Part shown: positions 59,901 to 64,000 of the stretch, one piece after another
Position numbering within the stretch: position 1 is the first letter of the stretch
Layout: each line of letters opens with the position of its first letter
IMG/VR virus record: IMGVR_UViG_3300028192_000001
Coordinates: 1-64,000 of that record
DNA: 64,000 nt
DNA from: a virus
Strand: one strand, 5' to 3'
Notes under the pieces: model-generated
The model's database searches: none
Seen by the model: only the letters and a program-made list of their open reading frames with translations
What the model was told of the DNA's origin: nothing
Program-made: the position numbers and the translations under genes

Positions 59901-60891
59901 TTCCAAACTGTACTTTCATTCCATTTGAAAGTGCAACCCCTGAACTTGTTGTATAATTTATTGCACCAAGTATTTCACTTGCAACATCAATTTTTGTATT
60001 TGCAGTTTTTGTTAAAATTTTTAAAACACCATGCATTGAAGCATGATTACCACATTGATAAAATAAAGAGTCTGGTGCAGTTGTTGGTATTGTAAAAATA
60101 ACCGTACCACTATCTGTACCATTATTAGTAACACCATTAGTATATAAAACTGACGTACTTCCATCTAATGCAAGACCACTTGGAACTGGTTCTGTCATAA
60201 TATAGAAAGGATGACCCGATGCATCAACTTTAAACTTGTATGTATTTCCTCTATATAATGTCATTGCTGGATTATTTTCTGCTGGTCTTGTTGAAAACAA
60301 ATAAGCACTTATAGTACTGCCATCAGCAGTTAAATTTTTTACAGAAATTTCTGTTTGAGCATTTGTGGCATTTGAATCGATTTTTATAGATGATGGGCCA
60401 TTTGGCAACCAAAAATACTCTCTATAATTAATTAATTTGTCTAAATCAACAAACGGATTCCATGAATATGTTTTTTCTTTTGTTAGATTATCATGATTAT
60501 CAACTGGCGCATTTAAATATTTTAATTGATTAATATAATCATCATATGTTGCTGTAAACTTAACTTGATCTTGAGGACTAATCGACGATGTATCTTTGTC
60601 TGTATAAGTTACGGTAGGTTCTAATTGATAACTTGTTCTACTTTTTGTTGTTGCTGTTAAGTATCTATCAGTTATTGATCTAGTATAAGCATCTAATCGA
60701 CCAATATACCCATCTAATCTATCTAACTTACCCTTTTGAATAATTTGATCTAATGTACTACTTAAAAACTTTTCATTTGCATCAGTTCTATAGTATGACG
60801 GTAAATGAGCAATAGTTCTTCTATATTGAATTCCTTCTTTATCTGTAACTACTTCAAAGGTTTTTGTACTGTTTATTGATTCGTCTGCCAT
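47977..60891 (-). CDS. giant (4304 aa) virion/baseplate-associated protein
   Basis: Single uninterrupted ORF directly downstream of the baseplate wedge; cupredoxin-like motif, seven FG-GAP-like blades, repeated GDGST beta modules. Confidence 0.8.
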   Translation of the reverse strand: MADESINSTKTFEVVTDKEGIQYRRTIAHLPSYYRTDANEKFLSSTLDQIIQKGKLDRLDGYIGRLDAYTRSITDRYLTATTKSRTSYQLEPTVTYTDKDTSSISPQDQVKFTATYDDYINQLKYLNAPVDNHDNLTKEKTYSWNPFVDLDKLINYREYFWLPNGPSSIKIDSNATNAQTEISVKNLTADGSTISAYLFSTRPAENNPAMTLYRGNTYKFKVDASGHPFYIMTEPVPSGLALDGSTSVLYTNGVTNNGTDSGTVIFTIPTTAPDSLFYQCGNHASMHGVLKILTKTANTKIDVASEILGAINYTTSSGVALSNGMKVQFGTNVVNSTVYADKDFYVEGVGKNITLTDIDTLITPEPYATETTILYDSVGFDSRPYAKAFYRPDVHDYITIKRSAVDQNAWSRYNRWFHRSVIEATATANGSALALDESDRAKRPIIEFNSNLALYNYGTVAKKSVALVDNVTTDVFSSMVNQTGYFVDGIKVTDGMRILFTADTDKLVRNKIYNVSFVTILGTTRIALQLAEVSDTHPIDGEQVYVEFGKVNQGKTLHYSTSAGPNRDEETWIEGQIKSKVNQQPLFDLHDDEGVSFSNDLVYGSTNFAGSTLFGFKISTTATTDTILGLKVKYNTINNVGDMVFESDVNSGSFKYKSGDDFVIKSYASGFVHETTGLLTYKNKTNWSERATNSKQRVKRTYFATATEKKLFPIDVYKNSASLDLEVDVKVNGVHKQFNKDYVLANGTTNKFVKFAKDLTLHDIVTVYIWSSATKVDNKGIYEVPDGLSNNPLNESLDTFTYGQISNHLINVAERNNEITGVVPGVTNFRDHSETYLKGGGIQQHIGSIVPAMFNLIDRESNFVSALDYANLEYQKFKESFLTQSTGTTYEGNAVDRVDEILKILTKNKTNTSPFYYEDMLGFGEKVSSRTYTVQDSTQTEYTLDNQFSSTTLSNRAVYVYQNDVQLVLGTDYIFSTTDDSVNIKATLTANDIIKIKDYSDTTGSYIPLTPTKLGMYPKFTPEKITDNTYRTSQTVIVGHDGSRTIAYGDYRDDLLLELEKRIYNNIKSTYNPELFNIHDILPSAFNKKGFTLTEVNSVLSRDFYNWAGRNNIDFRKNSIYDVADTFTFNYSNSIDINSEAEIGNWRGMFYYYYDTDRPHTHPWEMLGYSEKPSLWEANYGPAPYTAGNEVLWDDLERGYDVITGKVNKRYARSGLKYRIPTNANGYLASPVTVVGEFTRSNISQPWKFGDQGPAETAWRRNSGYAFSVIKVMAILNSCKFFGVHLDSSRLVKNVVGNYVTSGTGLRQKLLTAKYHLETSVNTETNVTTRYQTAGYQPYAVNYLISQNLDPAKFYYDKMKNLDVQLAYKLGGFTDKANLKILTDSISPGSTSGSQFLPTENYKVYFRTSNPVNKFYYSGVLIERNSTISLDGSSIEPGYRVVGYDINSPIFYMYLPIKNSNNHVIKFGDSRVVVYKEYVKVAQPVVYGTVFETIQDVSDFLQGYGKYLEDQGFEFDVFSRELQKTINWENAINEFVYWTTQGWAAGSAITVSPGASGFNLNTKKSVVGKLKDVYNKYTVLDAGGRSISEKDISVKRSGNIFNIVSKNDNIGIYGIQLYSVEKEHLLLLDNKTVFSDIVYDKVTGFRQQRLRLIGWKTADWNGGYHAPGFLFDEAKVSLWIANTDYNIGDTVEYNAKFYVANVNHNSGIEFDYKQWIKKSSKPSSELYPNFDYKIAQFNDFYDLETNNFDEGQQVLAQHLTGYQSRDYLENLFVNDISQYKFYQGFIREKGTQSAINKLTRAKFLDENIELSVYPEWLIRTGTFGNVDGKKSIQIKMDDRKFLQDPQSVELLDTTNDALSFNKSASIPSADFYDKPLEYTPSITFDQYDYTKEGCDRDFVQFFKTAGYPRFDDVQHTAFNISDIVNLDASKLDNQDLIWIANDKMNDWDVLRIARTELRLIQLQSINEDTQLEIGFNYAHNFKVGDYTLVTGSEYPAINKVFEIKSVTAPDKVIVDYNENISELIGITDQSTKDSYGDISKFVSARYSSVDDINDILSVEDYIVKDEVNDISGDKVFIDNPGGTWKVYEKISSLNFNRILSPDRSDNQNFGFKVVARSDGRTVIASAPDYSQGSISFFFRKEATSGEAFSLLESKTMISNNDITSRLGYSLSMSTDENFVVAGAPYNNTSIDGSTEQADQGLVKFYKWDSTNFQYELGGTIYAPYDNSTTRIGLNFGWDHAIAEPGISSTLLTTEKYMFISAPGYDNDTGIVFQYNWSVGVDGSTYNTWTQVASIQPEEVNSGYRFGHQVVTNDTADILAVSSQAPGYAGSVHIFKRTSHTNDGSTQYTWSEQQVLTGVSSDGSSKNIAFGDSLAMDKDGTALIVGAPGVDVQDGSTSVLKDDSGAVYYYKWNADGSTNTYTLQQTLNAPGTNTNVKFGSTVNINQSGNRIAIGAVGADNPRTMRFDFGATTFDLQDTNIVDINREAGVVYVGTKYDTKFIIDERLINDKVSTGDQFGKSVFLTDNSIFVGSPRDDAALTVDGSTTFMDDGSISHYDLKTNGKYGWNLLRTEEPLIDNNKIESAFIFDRSSHSIITYLNYFDPIKGRIFGVADREIKYKTTWDPAEYNYNTAGNTNAETAWGEEHIGETWWDLSKVKWIWYEQGDQEYKTKNWGKIFPGSSVDIYEWIETTLLPSEWETQADTSVGLPERISGTPVAPDDTTFTIKQKYDSAKDDFINYYYYWVRNSTFVPLESEAPLPQVGTSVMIRTNSTAYISNIITNPKLSGFKYFTVSDKNKLILWNIKSNLLNDNVVLNIDYRDNENAGDSHKVWKIYAEGDPAIQPTTALETKWWDSLCGTDLLGSIVPDQTLPINRKYGTELRPRQSWYVDRFKALEEIIQYTNTILKENQLVGTIKFANLNSVDPEPGITSLEWDGSVETYADLTYVNTKDLSGIVNYLVKADETAGGNWSIYKWDSTSWSRTKLQTYKTSNYWSYIDWYASGVTIDTKFEKQVTNQYELDILNVPINSYVKVLNSDSGGWKIYKYSATGWENVATQNGTIQISSKIYDYTIDDTGFAGDDTFDENFFDREPIIETRSILTALRDDIFTGSLIKEYNTIFFIGLRYVLSEQPYVNWLFKSSFLNITNSLRPLNQRKTYTVGKDDYVEKYIKEIKPFHTKIREYKLKYTNQEIHGGIHTDFDLPPFYDASKNKVRPPEPEAETDTELMTTYPYKLWKDYYTKHVKSINITNAGTGYVKVPTISFVGGTVEDTGPYTVLGTSTSGASSGSYGHFYPLYTIQTSANVADKQNGGTGVSHSHSFDEYPTRTFYMPTSNTNHGIAVNPGTYKIFSPGVKTHATAKAIISEGKISKIKLLTKGSGYTTTPEIIITGGTNDDTTPLDIAKASVVLNNDLVRDFDTTIRFDRVKSTGEVSAWATNTTYEYGVLIRYNNELYRTTQRITTSTKFSLAGLVKLRGDESYITAAERIKGMYTPSSGMPGLELSQVMTGVDYGGVMVTGLTFGSEQGWDKSGWFEQPWDSYGSGRVRTFYGDGSTRTFIFATAPSPTEVYTVYFDDVRQVNEVHRGDESTASFTLSTAPGNGVKIEFIPFDDDGVQTPTDDRTIDSLIYGGTFGSALGVDPEQVITEGDAFVSPDTSYAPEEAVPGQLFDTLDIQVYSAPESGVPFIVEKNYICDGNTATFDIGQTPGTKAAVSVVLDNVRKRSPTHYTVNIANKTITLGSTPSVGQKLTVKSFAISGQQYMVLDSFTGDGSTTAFKTATRENFNADSSISQLYITIDGEPTTAYTTTTIANTITVNFNSAPTTGQAIQIAGFNQTLGSGRAYAQIQSSIITYDGSTTRYALTYPVGTYGPYAGLTILEHNGKVLRGPDNTYYSGDGSTYSYGVVSGLSDDSTVDPAKTITLASQVEVYINGTIKLLNVDYTIDLAGQKVNLLIPPADTDVIAITTNVDNHYSYVGSDIVLKTTQLATDGITLNANDTILATTFNNALGMNLKREVLEGRTTGVHKLYNTPLNSNYVYVWFNTIPLQQGFDYTVSGNTVKIVGRTITNADRIDIMYFAVRSETRQTGFRIFKDMLNRTFYKRISKAGTTTLANDLFESDKTITVKDGSVLGEVDGTTELPGVIFIDKERIEYFIKSGNILSRVRRGTLGTGIKAHIGGSTVVDASGKQTVPYSDTIYSNTHTGNGSKVSFTTTIAPSSASQLDIFIGGQRLLLTSEDGSTVNYSVDGSTANVVLSSPPAANVQVKILQKKGQVWYTQGLSTASDGNGLQQSITNQARFIADEPTNSPE

Positions 60892-60893
60892 CT

Positions 60894-63800
60894 TTAATAT
60901 CCAGTACCACTAACTGTCCCTGATCCGGTTGTAGTGGTTCCTGATACTACTGATGTTGACCTTGCTGTTGTCGTAGTAGTAGTGGTTGATGTTACAACTG
61001 TGCCTAATGCTTGGAGTTGATTTGCTCCAATGGCATCAATTATTGATACATCATCAACAGTGGCCCCACTAATGAATATTTCGTTTGATGCACCCGATAT
61101 TTGAAATAAAGATCCAAATACTTGTCCTGCTTGATTAGGCACAATTACAACTGTTAATAAATCTGGTGCAAGTCTATTATGAATGTGTGCCGCAAGTTCT
61201 GTAAAGTAAAAAGTATCACCAAAGTCAAAATTATCTAATGCAAAAAATTCATTAATTGCTTCTACAACCAATGTTTTTACTATCGCATTTGAAATATTTG
61301 TCCCTGTATTTTTAACAACTTTAAATGTTGCTTGATATTCTTCGTCTGCTTGAGTACCAAAAAGAATTTTATAAGATACAGAATGATAGATTATTTGATC
61401 TGACAATCCTTTTAACTCATCTAATTTTCCGGAATAATTTATTCTTAATTGGTCGGACGTACTAGAAGCAGGTCTTTTGCCTCCACTTTGTAACCATATT
61501 CTAAATAAATTATCATATGATCTTTCAAGTACATATAAATCAATTATATTAGATACCGAAGGATCTATTCTAGTATTACTTCCTGCAAAATGTTTATACT
61601 GAAAATACAAACTTCCTCTTCCTTTTCTTGCAAGATACTCTGTTGTTATAACTAATGAATTTGTTGTACTATCATATTTTTTAATTACATCTTCGGTTAA
61701 ATCGTAAAAATAAAATAATTGTCCATTTGTATATGACCCTGGTAATGTAATACTTGATTCGTTTTGAGCAATAACAAAATTTGTTGATGCATACGGTCTA
61801 TATCTTTCTATGTTATTATCTGTTGAAACATATTTTTCATAAAATACAAATTTTGTAGATTCACTTAAAGTTGGTTCTACTATAATATCAAATAATTCAG
61901 GATTATCTACAACTCCATCATCATCAGAATCATAAAATCCAACGTTAACTTTCCGATTATCTTGATAACCATCTGATTCACTAATTGTATCAACTATTTG
62001 CCATTCTAACGGATATCCTACTGCATATCCTGAACTAACAAGAACATTATTTTTTAACATAGTCACAGTATCTTTTTTAGTTTGTCCTGTTTTGTAATCA
62101 TAAATTTTTTCTTGTGGATCAAAATAAAATTTATTTTGTCCTGCTGATTCAAAAATATAATCTAATTTTCTATAAGTTACTGTATAAATTACGCCATCAT
62201 TAGTAAAATTAAACCACCAACTTTGATCTAAATTAGTGCCTGATTCATCTCCAGTGAATCCTAAACTAAACACTGAACTAGAACTTACATTTGTTGTTGT
62301 TATAACTTTCCATTCACCTTTTGTTTCATCATATCTTAATGCAAAATCTTCATATGCAGAAACTCTATCTTGAATATCTGTTTTTAATGTTGTACCAAGT
62401 ACTGTTGCTAATTGTGGGAATACTCCTTTTACAACGGCATTATCTGGAATAATATCTGCTATTGTAATTGGACCCACTCCTGATTCTAAATTTCCTACTC
62501 CACCATTTGCACCATCTCCTACAACTGTTGCTACTTTGGCCCATGATCTATCTTCTGCATTATCAGTACCTGCTGTAACAAATGCTCCATTTAAAAATTC
62601 TCTAGTATCTCCTGATGTAAATTTAATTAATGCTCCAGGTTTAACATATTTTAAATTACTAGTAGCATAGTCTCCTACAACTAACGGTCCACCTGCATGA
62701 ATGTATCCTGTGTTTGCATTGGTACTTGTTGTAGTACTATTCCAATATGTACCTAATACTGTAAGATCTTTTGTACCATACTTGTGATAATAAAATTGTC
62801 TTGAATATGCTTGTTTTAATTTCGATTCAACTTTAGTGTTTAATACATTTAAAATATCATTTTTATTTTTAAAAGTAAAAGTAAATGCTGGTGTTGTTTC
62901 TTCTCTATATAAAATTCCATCATCTGCAACAACATTTACATTAGAATAAGATCCTGTTGGATCAATTACTTCTTTTGCTCTTGATATTCCTGATGCTGTT
63001 CTATTAACTGATCTAATTTTAATAATTTCTTGCGATGCTGACAACGGAACCACATTATAATCTTCTGCTGTAATCATTCTATTTTGTGAATAATAAACTT
63101 GTGGTGCTTTTTCTTTAATTGAAAACGTTGTTTCAGATGTGGCTGAATTATAAATTGAATGCTCTAATCCTGTTGAAACTGTAAGAATTTGATTACCTCC
63201 ATTTTTATCTATATAAGGTATACTAAATTGTATGTTTTTTAAATCTAAAGGTTGAATACTATACTTTGCATTATCCGATGTTCTATAATATACTCTAAAT
63301 CTTCCTATTGGAAGATCTGCAAAATTTCCATCACCAAAAATTAATTCAATACTATCATCATTTTTTGTAACAACATTGTAAATGCTTCTAATATTTGCTG
63401 ATAATGAATTATAGATAACATTATTTCCTGATAAACTAGAAACTTGTTTCCATAATTTATATGGCGAGCCGAAATCATCAAGTTGCCATAACCACACATC
63501 ACTATCGTTTATATTATTAACATTAATTTGTTTAACTAAATTTGTTACTGCTTGATCAACTGTAAACTCTTCTGATGCTAAATTTCCTTGTTTAAACAAA
63601 GCAAAAAATCCTGTATTGTTTGATGAATCTCCTGCGCCATCTGTTCTATAAGCATATGAAAATCCACTTCCTGGAATTGGTACTGATTCATATATTACTT
63701 CTGCTTCTGCTATTGTTGCCGAAACTATTTCAAATTTCCTTGTAATACCACTTATTGATCTTGCAAATGTATAAATTGGAAGATCTGTATTCCTTGAACT

Positions 63801-63998
63801 TGTCATATAAATTTCTGTATCAATATTTCCAATTTTATCTGATTCTAATGGTGTTCCAAAAAGTTGTCCTGTTTGATTAACAGCATTTAATATATTAATA
63901 AAATGTTCTCTATAATTTGGATTTGCCGCATCATTCCATCGTACGGTCATACCTCCTAGATCTGTTCCAGCACTATCCTTAACATCTTCTGTTGTTGA
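60894..63998 (-). CDS. baseplate wedge subunit (T4 gp6-like), 5' end outside window
   Basis: Frame open to the window edge; LIFGDGNF...P.G, ETTFSIKEKAP..Y..QNRMITAEDY gp6-like motif. Confidence 0.8.
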   Translation of the reverse strand, partial: STTEDVKDSAGTDLGGMTVRWNDAANPNYREHFINILNAVNQTGQLFGTPLESDKIGNIDTEIYMTSSRNTDLPIYTFARSISGITRKFEIVSATIAEAEVIYESVPIPGSGFSYAYRTDGAGDSSNNTGFFALFKQGNLASEEFTVDQAVTNLVKQINVNNINDSDVWLWQLDDFGSPYKLWKQVSSLSGNNVIYNSLSANIRSIYNVVTKNDDSIELIFGDGNFADLPIGRFRVYYRTSDNAKYSIQPLDLKNIQFSIPYIDKNGGNQILTVSTGLEHSIYNSATSETTFSIKEKAPQVYYSQNRMITAEDYNVVPLSASQEIIKIRSVNRTASGISRAKEVIDPTGSYSNVNVVADDGILYREETTPAFTFTFKNKNDILNVLNTKVESKLKQAYSRQFYYHKYGTKDLTVLGTYWNSTTTSTNANTGYIHAGGPLVVGDYATSNLKYVKPGALIKFTSGDTREFLNGAFVTAGTDNAEDRSWAKVATVVGDGANGGVGNLESGVGPITIADIIPDNAVVKGVFPQLATVLGTTLKTDIQDRVSAYEDFALRYDETKGEWKVITTTNVSSSSVFSLGFTGDESGTNLDQSWWFNFTNDGVIYTVTYRKLDYIFESAGQNKFYFDPQEKIYDYKTGQTKKDTVTMLKNNVLVSSGYAVGYPLEWQIVDTISESDGYQDNRKVNVGFYDSDDDGVVDNPELFDIIVEPTLSESTKFVFYEKYVSTDNNIERYRPYASTNFVIAQNESSITLPGSYTNGQLFYFYDLTEDVIKKYDSTTNSLVITTEYLARKGRGSLYFQYKHFAGSNTRIDPSVSNIIDLYVLERSYDNLFRIWLQSGGKRPASSTSDQLRINYSGKLDELKGLSDQIIYHSVSYKILFGTQADEEYQATFKVVKNTGTNISNAIVKTLVVEAINEFFALDNFDFGDTFYFTELAAHIHNRLAPDLLTVVIVPNQAGQVFGSLFQISGASNEIFISGATVDDVSIIDAIGANQLQALGTVVTSTTTTTTTARSTSVVSGTTTTGSGTVSGTGY

Positions 63999-64000
63999 TA

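Noticed and set aside
63948-63960. ATG 63950 with GGAGG as true start of the baseplate wedge
   Set aside because: The SD-like sequence is only 1 nt from the ATG and the frame stays open to the window edge
1-64000. Stop-codon reassignment, as seen in some jumbo phages
   Set aside because: Standard-code ORFs tile the window almost completely; TAG and TGA end genes at normal junctions
1-64000. CRISPR arrays, tRNA/rRNA genes, IS elements, diversity-generating retroelement
   Set aside because: Intergenic gaps are about 100 bp or less; no spaced direct repeats, cloverleafs, transposase or reverse transcriptase seen

Overview
AT-rich (roughly 30% GC by eye), tightly packed segment of a large tailed dsDNA phage, most likely a jumbo myovirus; the giant baseplate-region protein, MoxR/vWA pair and T4-type RNase H resemble Rak2/GAP32-like jumbo phages (inference). 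Standard genetic code; no tRNA, rRNA, CRISPR array or IS element seen. Block 1 (1-9605, + strand): 5'-truncated queE, T4-like RNase H, MoxR AAA ATPase plus HEXXH/vWA partner, many small hypotheticals. Block 2 (9598-38656, - strand, ~29 kb of abutting or overlapping genes): a biosynthetic island with 12 radical SAM/SPASM-twitch enzymes in three architectural classes, 4-5 glycosyltransferase-like proteins, UDP-glucose dehydrogenase, NDP-sugar epimerase, SDR, cupin, PLP enzyme, methyltransferase, NodU/CmcH carbamoyltransferase, SGNH protein, 2OG-Fe(II) oxygenase and an MgdA-like FAD oxidoreductase. Block 3 (38726-64000, - strand): virion module with baseplate wedge, a 4304-aa protein carrying 14 exact DGST motifs, three paralogous fibre proteins and a glycine-rich adhesin ending in two tandem Hint domains. 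Best candidate for an undescribed system (inference): a phage-encoded radical-SAM-rich glycan tailoring pathway that decorates virion proteins at Ser/Thr acceptor motifs (DGST loops, S/T-rich ...TGY tails), possibly combined with Hint-mediated conjugation.
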